A stretch of 64,000 nt of DNA from an uncultured virus (IMG/VR IMGVR_UViG_3300042503_001397) (IMGVR_UViG_3300042503_001397); one strand, 5' to 3'; numbered from the stretch's first letter, positions 38,682 through 48,710 are shown. The notes: generated by a model not told the origin, from the sequence alone. A program made the numbers and translations.

Positions 38682-39065
38682 GGTGGAGATGAGGGGAATC
38701 GAACCCCTGTCTTACAAAGTAATCATAATACCAGCATATCACACGTTTAGGTAAAGTTTAATCTTATTCACTTTCCAAAATAATTGGGGCCGTATGGTTA
38801 GTACAGCTTTTCCACCAATTCGTTGATTCGGGCTCAACGAATAAAGCCTTTGTAAACACTTCTGTTCCTAGGTTGTATGTGCACCGACCCGATTGTTGTG
38901 ACTAGGCTGCTACAGCGTAATCAGCACCTACGAAAGCCATAAGGTCTTCGAAGGTCATAGTTGACATTTCGTCAGTTATTGTTTTGTACAGATTTAAAGA
39001 CATCTAGCACTTCTGTCTACGTGTGGTACTACCATTCTCATTGCAATCAAGTCCATGGCATCCCC
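38681..39065 (-). ncRNA. ssrA: tmRNA (385 nt)
   Basis: 5' GGGGATG pairs with 3' CATCTCC-ACCA including G3:U70; T-arm AGGGG-TTCGATT-CCCCT; ATAACT before the resume codon; tag frame 38973..38902 encodes DEMSTMTFEDLMAFVGADYAVAA*. Confidence 0.93.
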
Positions 39066-39075
39066 ATATAATATG

Positions 39076-39108
39076 TAAATATACGAATAATAATTTAGAT
39101 TACCAAAT
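39076..39108 (-). promoter_or_regulatory. Bacteroidetes-type promoter of the tmRNA
   Basis: ATTTG-N20-TATATTTA ending 10 nt before the tmRNA 5' end. Confidence 0.75.
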
Positions 39109-39467
39109 TATTGTTTAGAAAATTGTAAATAGTTTGGTAAATATAAATGTAAGGATGAAATAGTCTTCATTCCTATTTTTATTGAATTGAAATTAGATTC
39201 TTTTATTTCATCTACGCTTCCACTTATTCTCCAACGTATAATTACAACATTAAAAAATGGACTTATTTTAAAATTTAAAAATGATAATGAATCAATTTCA
39301 TATATGTATCCAGTAGCATCATTTGCTTTTTGAATAAAGTATCTTTTTATAAATCCTCTGTTATAATCATCTACTAATGGAGATGGTACGTGAGTGATTA
39401 TTTCCGGAAGTTCATATTCCGATAAATTATTATTAATCTTTTCGTATCTGTATTTGTTTACTGACAT
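39108..39467 (-). CDS. Hypothetical protein (end of tail module)
   Basis: 119-aa ORF coupled to the upstream gene. Confidence 0.65.
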   Translation of the reverse strand: MSVNKYRYEKINNNLSEYELPEIITHVPSPLVDDYNRGFIKRYFIQKANDATGYIYEIDSLSFLNFKISPFFNVVIIRWRISGSVDEIKESNFNSIKIGMKTISSLHLYLPNYLQFSKQ

Positions 39468-39468
39468 T

Positions 39469-42285
39469 TTATTGTTTTTGTCTATATTCTCCAGTCACAT
39501 TTGTTGTCCACATCATACCTTCCAAACTTTGCTCTATTTGTGTAACTTGAAATAAACCATGCTTAGCATACTTAGCTGGAATTCCGTTTATATTAAACGT
39601 ATCTCCTCTACGAATACCACTTGTTCCCAATACTTTAAAATTATATTTTATTGGTAATGGATGCGATAATGTTCCATTAGCCTTCTTAGCAGTAAATGCA
39701 TCATTTTTCATTCTATCAAAAAATGGTTCATCGTTTAAGCAATATATAACAAATAATTTCTTTAAAGCTTCTGGGTTTTCTAAAGCAGTAATTTTATCAG
39801 GATTCATTGATGCCCAATCTGGAAGTGGTAATACATCTATTTTAGCTAAATTATTTGAAAGAGCTGTTTTTTTATTTTGCTCATCATCCGCTTCATCTTT
39901 TTTCTTTTGCTCTTTTACTTCTTCTTCTTTCTTTTCAATTTCTTTTTTGATATCCGATATACTTTTATCCAATGTCTCAATTTTAGCTCTAATTTTTGCT
40001 ATATCTTTATCACGTAAATCTTCTTGAACATCTTTAGCAGCTTCTTTATCTGCAGCTTCTTTTATAGCTTTATCACTTCTAAATACATTAGCTACTGTAT
40101 CAGCAGCTTCTTGTATAAATTCAACATCAAGACCCCTAGCTCCTTTTTTTGCATAATCAGCTTTTATTTTATCAATTTCTGCCTGCAAATCTTTTTTATC
40201 GTTTCTTGCTTTTTCTAGTGCTCCTTCGTTTTTTACAATATCTTCTTGTATCTTTTCATGTGGCTTTTTCTCTGTTTCTTTTTGTTGTTCTTTTTGTGCT
40301 AAATCTTGAGCATCCTTTTCAGCTTGAGTTAATTTTTTTCTTTTATTACCATTTGAATCAGTAACACTATCTAAAAATAAATCAGTTTGTGAATTAAAAA
40401 ATCCACCTACGCCTACAATTGGTTCATCCGGATTATTTGCTAATGCTAATCTTCTACTAATAATTTGATTTGTCATTTCAGATGGTACTGATATATCAAG
40501 ATTGGCATCTAAAAATACAGATTTGGGCCCACTGTGATAAAATACCTTTGTGTTAGTATTGGGATTACTACCAACCCAGTTTTCATCTATTACAGTTATT
40601 ATAATTTTACTTGGCGTTGGTTTTCCTTCTTCAACCTTACCAGTGTTTACTGTTTCTTCAACTATTTGAAAATTCCAAAATGAATTTACTGCAGATGACA
40701 TCTCATTCAACATATCAACAAAAACCTCTCTTATGTTTTTATTTTTTTGTGTTAATTTTTCAACAAATAAATCAAAATTTATATATAAGTTTTTTAAATA
40801 TCCCCAATATCCCGCCTTTTCAACATACCCATCTTCATTTAAATCAGTTTGTTCAACAAATTGTATTGGTTGACCAGGAATTGCATTTCGTACTATTCCA
40901 TACTCGTTACCACCGCTTCTAAATATACCACCTTTTAATTGGTCTACTTGCCCCTCATTTAAAAAATAAACAGAGAAATCAGGCATAAACCCCGGTATTA
41001 CCAATTTAGATGCCTTAGTTGAAAACATATTTGGAAATGCTCCAATTTTTGCTTTGCTAATATCAAATTCAACACTAAGTTTTTTACTACCCATTGTGTA
41101 AGCAGTAAATTCACTATTTGAATTTAATATTTTTACAGCCAAATCAAATCGTATATATTTATTTTTTGAAAATAATTTTTCCTTTTCAATTGTAGATTTT
41201 CCAACTTTTATTTCACTGGAGTTACCGAAAATTTTAGCGATAAATCCAGGGTTTGCATATGTTGTAATACTTTTATTAACAGCAGCATCTAAATTTAAAT
41301 AAGAATCCCAATCAGTTGTGGGCATTAATTTTCGTACTTGGTCAGTTTGCCTTTGAGATGGTAACTGATTAAACATATTTTTGAATCTTCTATCTCTACG
41401 AATTTCACCACTACCTGCTTCTTCTGTTTCGGATACCCCATAAGGTTTAGGTTCTCCGGGTTTATCAACTATATCACCATTACCATCAATTTGTAATGAT
41501 TTATTTTGAGTTTGTAAAAATGTTGGTAATCCGGGAGCTCCTCTAAGTTTAACAGATACTGTCCATTTATCTCCATCAGATGATACCGTACCACCAACTA
41601 TAAATCCCAAAAAAGAATCATAGTCTCCAGCAGAATTTACACGTATTGAATGTAATTTGTTATAATCTAAATTTATATTTACAGCTTGAGATAATATATG
41701 TTGTGCTTTATTTTCTTTAACATTTGTATTAATTGCACTTTTTATACCGTTTACACTATTCCAACCATATTCAATGCATAAAGAATATCCAGGTTCCAAA
41801 AAATAAGTCTGCATTAACTCTATTTGAGCTAATGAAAATGCTTTCATAGTTAATGTACATTCTCTTGATATTTGGTCTTTACCTTCTTTTATTTCCAATG
41901 CAGTTATAATTGGAGATGGTCTTAATGGTGCACCTATTCCAGATGATATTGGGTTACCGTCCCAACTAAGACCCATATCACCACTACTAACACTATCACC
42001 ATATGTACTTGTAAATTCAGTAGTACCTTTAAAAACATCGGATTGGTTTACAGATGATAATATAAGACCATTTCTAGCTCTAGTTCCTTTTTTTGTTGTC
42101 TCCTTTCCATCTTTATCTTTAACAATAGTATCTTTACTACTATCATATTCAAGCACCCTTGCTCCAGAAAAAACTCTAATCCAAGCCATTCTTTTACTTG
42201 CATTAAATCCTACTTTACTGCTGGATACCTCAGATGTTAAATTTATATAAATATTATCTTCAATGTTACTTAGCTTAGGCCACAT
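39469..42285 (-). CDS. Putative baseplate hub/tail protein with coiled-coil insert
   Basis: RPSPIIT, YFLEPGYSLCIEYGW, C-terminal GTSGIRRGDTFNI...FQVTQIEQSL...WTT resembles gpD/gp27-type hubs; synteny. Confidence 0.55.
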   Translation of the reverse strand: MWPKLSNIEDNIYINLTSEVSSSKVGFNASKRMAWIRVFSGARVLEYDSSKDTIVKDKDGKETTKKGTRARNGLILSSVNQSDVFKGTTEFTSTYGDSVSSGDMGLSWDGNPISSGIGAPLRPSPIITALEIKEGKDQISRECTLTMKAFSLAQIELMQTYFLEPGYSLCIEYGWNSVNGIKSAINTNVKENKAQHILSQAVNINLDYNKLHSIRVNSAGDYDSFLGFIVGGTVSSDGDKWTVSVKLRGAPGLPTFLQTQNKSLQIDGNGDIVDKPGEPKPYGVSETEEAGSGEIRRDRRFKNMFNQLPSQRQTDQVRKLMPTTDWDSYLNLDAAVNKSITTYANPGFIAKIFGNSSEIKVGKSTIEKEKLFSKNKYIRFDLAVKILNSNSEFTAYTMGSKKLSVEFDISKAKIGAFPNMFSTKASKLVIPGFMPDFSVYFLNEGQVDQLKGGIFRSGGNEYGIVRNAIPGQPIQFVEQTDLNEDGYVEKAGYWGYLKNLYINFDLFVEKLTQKNKNIREVFVDMLNEMSSAVNSFWNFQIVEETVNTGKVEEGKPTPSKIIITVIDENWVGSNPNTNTKVFYHSGPKSVFLDANLDISVPSEMTNQIISRRLALANNPDEPIVGVGGFFNSQTDLFLDSVTDSNGNKRKKLTQAEKDAQDLAQKEQQKETEKKPHEKIQEDIVKNEGALEKARNDKKDLQAEIDKIKADYAKKGARGLDVEFIQEAADTVANVFRSDKAIKEAADKEAAKDVQEDLRDKDIAKIRAKIETLDKSISDIKKEIEKKEEEVKEQKKKDEADDEQNKKTALSNNLAKIDVLPLPDWASMNPDKITALENPEALKKLFVIYCLNDEPFFDRMKNDAFTAKKANGTLSHPLPIKYNFKVLGTSGIRRGDTFNINGIPAKYAKHGLFQVTQIEQSLEGMMWTTNVTGEYRQKQ

Positions 42286-42297
42286 ATATGTAAATTA

Positions 42298-42588
42298 TTA
42301 TTGTTCAAAATCACGCAAAATATCAATGTAATTTTGTGGTATTCTTAAAATCGTTCCTTCCTTTATTCCAATATTTGCATTATGAATATTATTAGCACAA
42401 GCAATTATCCACCATAAAGTAGAATCGTTATAAAATTGATATGCTAATGTATCAAATCTATCACCAGTTTCAGTTGCAACATATATATCATCATCCGTTT
42501 TTGCGATATTAGGATATATTTTAGATTGTAGTACTTCCCTACCATCTATTGTTTTTTTGAATCTACTATTTTTGTATCTACTTTGCAT
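42298..42588 (-). CDS. LysM-like baseplate protein (gp53/gpX-like)
   Basis: GDRFDTLAYQFYNDSTLWWIIACAN...G..LRIP. Confidence 0.85.
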   Translation of the reverse strand: MQSRYKNSRFKKTIDGREVLQSKIYPNIAKTDDDIYVATETGDRFDTLAYQFYNDSTLWWIIACANNIHNANIGIKEGTILRIPQNYIDILRDFEQ

Positions 42589-42623
42589 ATTTTATTTACA
42601 ATTGTTATATCTTTTAGATTGGT

Positions 42624-44453
42624 TTATTTTCCAATAAAATTATCAATCCATCTTCTTTCAAAGTTAAGTAACTCTATCTCTGCCCTACCTTCGGGTCCTG
42701 CATGAAGTGGTTGCTCTCCATCTCTTGTAATATATACAAAATTTGGTGGTTTTGATTTTTTGTATATATTGAAATCTTTGTATTTTTCTACAAATATACC
42801 ATGTGGACCTATTTTTTCTTTTGGTTTTTCTTCGGATGGATTTTTTGTATTTGAATCCTGTTTTACATCAGTCTGAGTGCCATCTTCTTTCTTTTTAGGA
42901 GAACCATCCGCATTTAATTCTTTGTTACTATCTTGCTTAATTGAAACATTAGCAGGAACATCACCATATCCATATAATCTTTTTTGATATGTACTTCCAA
43001 TTGTTTCTACTAATTTAAGCGTAATATCAACATTTACAATTTTTGGCAATTTCCAATTTTTAGTTTCAGTATCAAGACCAATATCCCAAGGTGAATTATC
43101 ATCAATTGTATATGTTAATGAATCTATATATGCTTCTTTATTTCTAAACATATCTCCTAATGTAAATTTAATAAAAGGTGCATATACTGAGTTTTGTGAA
43201 TACCCTTGTGGATAAGTAAGACTTGTTAAAAAATTTAATCTTTGCCAAGCTGCTACATGTTCATCATATGATAAGGAATATACTTTAAAATTAAAAGTTA
43301 TACTTCGTTCAACACCATTATATGTATAAAAATTAAATGGATTTCCAATAAATTTATTAGTATCCCAACTAGGTGATAATGTTTCACTTAATCCACTTAT
43401 AGTTGCTCTAAAGTTTACTGCTGCCTTTTTATGCACAGACCAAAATTTTAAAGTTACAAAATCATAATCATCTAATTGCTTTTCCGTATCTTTGATTAAA
43501 TCATTTTTTAACCCAGTTGCTGATGGATATGAAACCTGTTTATTTAAGTAATCTGATGTTGTAAACATCGCTCTAACTCTTTCAATACTATTATTACGTT
43601 GTATTTCATTTCTACTAAATTTTGTTTTTGGTGTTTTTATTACATTTGGTACTGCTATATAATTTGTTATTGGTAATGGTGTATTAAATATATCTACTTC
43701 ATATTCCGTATATTTTGATAATAAACCGATTGTGGTATCAGTCATTACTTTACCATATGGAGCTAGACTATCATATAGAACACCACCGGCTTTTGCAAAA
43801 TTAACTGCTGCTTGAGATGGAGAACCTAATAATAAATTGTTTAATTTCTTTTTACCTAATTCTAAAGCTGAACCAAGTATTTGGTTTGGATTTGGTCTTC
43901 CTGATAAATTATTTTTAATAAGATTACCAAGTAAATTACCACCAGATTGTAATTTTAAATTTCTTAGAGTAATCATGGTGTTATATTCACCACCTTCTCT
44001 TGTAAAATCTTTATCTAATACAATTCTACTTGGTATAAGTTGTTCAGGTAATTTAATACCTAGTTTTGATAATACATTTTTTCCTAAATTCTCTGCTTTA
44101 TTTAAAAATGTACCTAATATACCACCATTAGTAACACCACCAGCACCACCTTTCATATCATCTACAATACCTCTAGTCTTTGTAGTGAATTTGATTATAT
44201 CAGTTCCATATAAAATAGGACTTGTTGTTTTTGATAATATGCGTAATCCAGTTACTTCTTCTTCTAATCTTCTTTCTCTTGTTCGAAGTGATAAATTTCT
44301 TCTACCAATTTCAGCAATTCTAAAAGATGGTGTCATTAAAACATTATATGGATTTCTTCGCAAATCAGCAGTATTACGAATATCATATTGTTGTTCAGCA
44401 GTTTGCCCACTAACTAATTTTTTACTTTTAAATAATTCTTCTATCGTTGGCAT
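42624..44453 (-). CDS. Putative baseplate / tail tube initiator protein
   Basis: FRATISGLSET.SPSW...FIG...Y.Y.G.ERSITFNFK; lies between tape measure and LysM gene. Confidence 0.55.
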   Translation of the reverse strand: MPTIEELFKSKKLVSGQTAEQQYDIRNTADLRRNPYNVLMTPSFRIAEIGRRNLSLRTRERRLEEEVTGLRILSKTTSPILYGTDIIKFTTKTRGIVDDMKGGAGGVTNGGILGTFLNKAENLGKNVLSKLGIKLPEQLIPSRIVLDKDFTREGGEYNTMITLRNLKLQSGGNLLGNLIKNNLSGRPNPNQILGSALELGKKKLNNLLLGSPSQAAVNFAKAGGVLYDSLAPYGKVMTDTTIGLLSKYTEYEVDIFNTPLPITNYIAVPNVIKTPKTKFSRNEIQRNNSIERVRAMFTTSDYLNKQVSYPSATGLKNDLIKDTEKQLDDYDFVTLKFWSVHKKAAVNFRATISGLSETLSPSWDTNKFIGNPFNFYTYNGVERSITFNFKVYSLSYDEHVAAWQRLNFLTSLTYPQGYSQNSVYAPFIKFTLGDMFRNKEAYIDSLTYTIDDNSPWDIGLDTETKNWKLPKIVNVDITLKLVETIGSTYQKRLYGYGDVPANVSIKQDSNKELNADGSPKKKEDGTQTDVKQDSNTKNPSEEKPKEKIGPHGIFVEKYKDFNIYKKSKPPNFVYITRDGEQPLHAGPEGRAEIELLNFERRWIDNFIGK

Positions 44454-44464
44454 TTACTTATATT

Positions 44465-46837
44465 TTATGCTATTGCAAAGTTATTTCGTGTACTCTTATT
44501 AACCTGATTTGATACTCCTGCTGTAACTTTTGCTCCATCCATATGTACCGATATTTTACCGGCAGCCATATCTGCTCTTAATCCTTTTATTTCAGCTATC
44601 ATAGCATTTAATGGTGCAGATAAAATTGCTAAATTCATTTGAGGTGTTGCCGATTGTTGAGTTGTTCCCGTTTGTTGAGTTCCTCCGTTTGCTAAAGCAT
44701 TTGATATACCAGGCCCAGCAACTATATCATCGTTTGGAGATAATTGAAATAATCCACCTTCTTTTGTAGATACTTGAGTTTTGCCATCTGCCGGTGAATT
44801 CATATCACCAACTTTTGATAATGTAGCAAATCCTGCCGATAATATTGCTGCCGAAGCTGCTATTGCTAATGGTAATCCAAATCCCAAACTCATTGCCATA
44901 ATTCCTTGGAATGCGCTATAAGCTGCGTAAACAACTGCCAAACCAGCAAGTCCCTTTAAAACTTTACCAACAGTTCCCAAAGGACCTATCATGTTACTAA
45001 TAGAGTCACCAATACCACCAAATACATATTGTATTAATTCAACTATCATTTGAATTGGCATCAATGCAATACCAATACCTTCAATTAAAGGCATCAATGT
45101 ATTTCCTATCACAGTTGCCATACCCATAAACGCGTTTGTTATTTTTTCAACTTGCTTTTGCTGTTCTTGTTGTTTAGCAAATTTATCAGTTTCTTGTGCT
45201 AATTGGTCTGCCCCAATGTTTGTTATATCCAATCCCTTACTAATCGCATCTTCGGCAGCTTTCTTTTGTTCTGCTGATAGACTATTTAATTTATCTTGAG
45301 TACTAAGTTGTTTATTAATTTCTTCAACGGTCATTCCAGCTGCTTTGGCTAATTGCTGTTGGGTGAAGTAATCTTTCTTTCGGAAATCACCACTTCTTTG
45401 AATTTGAGAAAGAGTTTCTTCATTTGCTTCTTGAAGTTTACCTTCCATTGCTAATGCTCTAGCTCTACTCAAATTAAATTGTCCACCAACAAAAGTTGCT
45501 GCTACTAATTCTTCTTCTATACCACTTTCAAAATCTAATAATTTTTCTGCTAATGATACTTGCTCTTTTAAAGAAGTACCCATTCTACGGGCTTGAACTG
45601 CATTCTTTGTTAATGCACTTAAATCTCCTTTAAAAAACGTTGATGCTGCTTCTGCATTTTCTGCAATATCTTTAAATACTTTATCGGGAGCTACTCCGGC
45701 TAATTTAGCCATATTAGCTGCCTGCATTTGAACATTAGCTGCTGTTTCTGCACTCAACCCACCAACACTTTCAAATATACCTTGTACTTTAGCTGATGAT
45801 TCAGCTGCTATTCCAAAGTTTTTATTCATTACACTTAGTGCAGCTACTGTTTCTTTTGAAAACTCAACCGAATCACTAAATTCACTTTTTAAAGATGATA
45901 TGGTTTTTAAGACATCTGCACTTTCTAATCCAATATTTGCAAACTCCGTACTGATTTGTACTGCTTGGGATTTTATTCCCTCCATTTGCGAATTTAATAA
46001 TCCAGTTTCTTTTCTAAAATCTGCAGCTGCATCATCCAAATCAACGAATGATTTAATTGCCAATGCCAATATAGCTCCTATTATAAATATAGGGCCGAAA
46101 CCAGCCGCTAAAGCCATCTTTAACTTTTTAGCTACCCCAATGATACTTTGCAATCCAGCCGGTAGTGCACCAATTATTCCATCTTGAGCTTCCTTTAATT
46201 CATTTAGTCTAGCCTCTTGCTTAATTAATAGTTCATTTTGTTCAAATAAGTCCTCAGCAATTTTTCTTTCATCTTCACTTAAATCCGTTATTGATGTTTG
46301 AAATTCTAATCTTCTTTGCGCAGAATCTGTCATTCCTTTAGCACTTCTTTCAGCAGATGCAGTTGCTTTTGCTTGAGTTATTAATGATGATTGTAAATTT
46401 TCTAAAATTGCTCTTTTTTCTTGAGCTGCCTCTAATTCATCATCACTTAAACTTAATTCTTGTGCTTTTAATTCTACTATCTTTCTACTAGATGCAGCAA
46501 CTAAACTATTACCAGTAACAGAATCTTTTAGCATCTTTTTTACATCAGGCGCCAATCTAGCCATTGATTTCGCAGAATCTCTATAAGCTTTTGCTCTTTC
46601 TCTAGCTGCTCTTTCTGCTCTCTCTTCTGCAGCAACTTGCTCATTTAATGGAGCTACTGAAGCTCTTCTGTATCCAAGTGTTTCCTTTTCGGAATCTCTT
46701 ATTTGTTCTAATTGTCTTCGTTGCGCACCAGTTGCCGTTGCCAATGCTTCATTGGTAACAGCTAACCTAGCTTCAATTTCAGCAATTTCTTCTAATAGGT
46801 CAGCCCTTTGTTGTAATTGTTCGTTGGATAATGCCAT
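44465..46837 (-). CDS. Tape measure protein
   Basis: Long Ala/Leu-rich helical protein with hydrophobic segments, downstream of tube and chaperone genes. Confidence 0.8.
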   Translation of the reverse strand: MALSNEQLQQRADLLEEIAEIEARLAVTNEALATATGAQRRQLEQIRDSEKETLGYRRASVAPLNEQVAAEERAERAARERAKAYRDSAKSMARLAPDVKKMLKDSVTGNSLVAASSRKIVELKAQELSLSDDELEAAQEKRAILENLQSSLITQAKATASAERSAKGMTDSAQRRLEFQTSITDLSEDERKIAEDLFEQNELLIKQEARLNELKEAQDGIIGALPAGLQSIIGVAKKLKMALAAGFGPIFIIGAILALAIKSFVDLDDAAADFRKETGLLNSQMEGIKSQAVQISTEFANIGLESADVLKTISSLKSEFSDSVEFSKETVAALSVMNKNFGIAAESSAKVQGIFESVGGLSAETAANVQMQAANMAKLAGVAPDKVFKDIAENAEAASTFFKGDLSALTKNAVQARRMGTSLKEQVSLAEKLLDFESGIEEELVAATFVGGQFNLSRARALAMEGKLQEANEETLSQIQRSGDFRKKDYFTQQQLAKAAGMTVEEINKQLSTQDKLNSLSAEQKKAAEDAISKGLDITNIGADQLAQETDKFAKQQEQQKQVEKITNAFMGMATVIGNTLMPLIEGIGIALMPIQMIVELIQYVFGGIGDSISNMIGPLGTVGKVLKGLAGLAVVYAAYSAFQGIMAMSLGFGLPLAIAASAAILSAGFATLSKVGDMNSPADGKTQVSTKEGGLFQLSPNDDIVAGPGISNALANGGTQQTGTTQQSATPQMNLAILSAPLNAMIAEIKGLRADMAAGKISVHMDGAKVTAGVSNQVNKSTRNNFAIA

Positions 46838-46847
46838 TACTTATTAA

Positions 46848-47084
46848 TTAATCTTTACCCAAAATGCCAGCTTTAACTAACATATTATAATATTCAGGTT
46901 CTTCTTTTTTCATTTTTTCAATATCATCAGCGTATTTGTTGTTTATTTTATTAACATCTGCTTTCAATTGTTGTAAAACCGGGTCATTATCTATTATAGT
47001 TTGTAATTTATTTGGCACATTCTTTTTACCGAACCATCCAAACAGCTCTTTTAGATTTGATTTAGATATTTTATATTTTTTCAT
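46848..47084 (-). CDS. Small hypothetical protein
   Basis: 78 aa, preceded by TATTTATA (47106..47113). Confidence 0.6.
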   Translation of the reverse strand: MKKYKISKSNLKELFGWFGKKNVPNKLQTIIDNDPVLQQLKADVNKINNKYADDIEKMKKEEPEYYNMLVKAGILGKD

Positions 47085-47148
47085 TGAATATTGGGTTTAT
47101 ACTACTATAAATATCGTATAAAACAAAAAGTTAGGATTACCCAGTAAA

Positions 47149-47376
47149 TTACCGTTTAATCCTAACTTTGGATGATTTCCCAGCCTTTGTATTGGCTGCT
47201 TGTATTTGTTCGTTTTCTTTGGTTTTTGAATCAACCAATTTATTATAGTAGAAGTTTCGAAGATATGTTGGCATTTTATAGATTTCCATCATAGTAAATC
47301 CGTTTCCATAATTTACCATATCAAATATCTGCGAATGCATTTGAACACTATGATTCTGAGCTAGGCCAAAAAAACC
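47149..47376 (-). CDS. Tail assembly chaperone 'T' segment, probably expressed by frameshift
   Basis: The frame opens after an in-frame TAG at 47379..47377 and reads GFFGLAQNHSVQMHSQIFDMVNYGNGFTMMEIYKMPTYLRNFY. Confidence 0.6.
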   Translation of the reverse strand, partial: GFFGLAQNHSVQMHSQIFDMVNYGNGFTMMEIYKMPTYLRNFYYNKLVDSKTKENEQIQAANTKAGKSSKVRIKR

Positions 47377-48112
47377 CTACGCCCATTGGAATCGGACTTA
47401 CCTCCTTTTCTCCATCTCTGTGGGTATATGTAAATGACATATCAACATCAGGAGATATAGTTTTAACATATTCTCTGAATGCTTTACTATCTCTAGCTAA
47501 CATATTATTTAAATACTTTGTAATTGCACCTAAAGATGTATCACCTTCTACACTTTTAATCATATAACGTAATCTAGTAGTAATTTCACCAGAAAACTCT
47601 TTATTTATTTTTTGCATTCCTTCAATATCTTTCTCAATAGCAATTTCGTCACCATGAGTTAATAATTTGAATGTTAATTTTGTTTTACCAAATGGTGTTG
47701 TATAATCAAATTCGTTTTTATTATTGAATACTGACATATCTACTTCTTTTGTTTGGATTTTTGCCAAATCAATAGTTGTTGATATTACATCGCCAGTAAC
47801 ATTTGAATAAAATTTAAAATTATAATCAGGACCATATCCTAATAATCTAGTTGCTAATAAAATTGCGTTTTTATCACCAATTAAAATATCTTTTGAATTT
47901 ACACCATTATCAACTATAATTGATTCAAACAATTTATCCAAAACAACACCTTTTTTAATAAGATTTTGATTGGAAAGGATATCTTCTTCCTTTGCAGTCA
48001 TACATTTAATTGTGATTCTACCAGATGATAACGGATTATCCTTTGGATACAATTTACCTTGAGATGGTAAATCCAACACTTCGGTTGGAAAATCATATTC
48101 TCTTTCGTTCAT
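47348..48112 (-). CDS. Tail assembly chaperone / T4 gp26-like protein
   Basis: LPSQGKLY, MTAKEEDIL, GDKNAILLATRLLGYG, ending GVGFFWP; between tube and tape measure. Confidence 0.7.
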   Translation of the reverse strand: MNEREYDFPTEVLDLPSQGKLYPKDNPLSSGRITIKCMTAKEEDILSNQNLIKKGVVLDKLFESIIVDNGVNSKDILIGDKNAILLATRLLGYGPDYNFKFYSNVTGDVISTTIDLAKIQTKEVDMSVFNNKNEFDYTTPFGKTKLTFKLLTHGDEIAIEKDIEGMQKINKEFSGEITTRLRYMIKSVEGDTSLGAITKYLNNMLARDSKAFREYVKTISPDVDMSFTYTHRDGEKEVSPIPMGVGFFWPSSES

Positions 48113-48174
48113 AACTTTACTTTGTTTTAAGTTTGTATATATAAATACATACTTTTTAAAAAATTAGAAAGCAC

Positions 48175-48203
48175 AAAAAAGGGGATACTTTTGATATCCC
48201 CTT
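48175..48203 (-). terminator. Rho-independent terminator after the tail tube gene
   Basis: AAGGGGATA...TATCCCCTTTTTT. Confidence 0.8.
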
Positions 48204-48221
48204 AATTTTATATACTTTTGA

Positions 48222-48710
48222 TTAGAATTCTAAGATTGCGTAATCGTAAGCTAATGTTAATTCTATTGTTGCAGGTTCATTAGAATCAAACGATAAATCA
48301 CCAAAGTTAGCCTGAGAAATAAATGCACCTTTTAAAGTCCATTGTTCAATCTTATCACCAACAGGTCCCAACATATAGAAAGTGATATCTTTTTTATAGA
48401 AATCAGCGTATCCATCTCTACCAGTAATTGATTCATGTCCTAAACGAACCCAATCCATTACCGCTTGTGCTGCCGAAGGTACAATTGGGTCATACAAAGT
48501 GATACTTACATCTTGCCACTCACCTTTACCTTTTAACTTTCTCTTTACGTTGATATGGTCTAAAGTAATTGTTTCAAATTGAATTGTGGGTCTATTTGCT
48601 GCCTTTACAAGATATGAAGGGATGTTTTCAATCTCCATCACATATCTATTTTTCATCTTCGGTTCGAAGTTCGTATAGAACATCTTATCAAACTCTAATA
48701 TTTCTGCCAT
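48222..48710 (-). CDS. Tail tube protein (T4 gp19-like)
   Basis: EPKMKNRY, KGKGEWQDVSITLYD, W.LKGAF, LTLAYDYA; follows the sheath. Confidence 0.88.
   Translation of the reverse strand: MAEILEFDKMFYTNFEPKMKNRYVMEIENIPSYLVKAANRPTIQFETITLDHINVKRKLKGKGEWQDVSITLYDPIVPSAAQAVMDWVRLGHESITGRDGYADFYKKDITFYMLGPVGDKIEQWTLKGAFISQANFGDLSFDSNEPATIELTLAYDYAILEF

Noticed and set aside
38681..38715. tRNA gene
   Set aside because: Only the T-arm and acceptor 3' half are here. The partner 5' strand is about 380 nt away with a tag frame between, so it is a tmRNA.
35293..44502. Plus-strand ORFs such as 35293-35892 and 43837-44502
   Set aside because: They lie antisense to well-supported genes and have no recognisable motifs or plus-strand expression signals.
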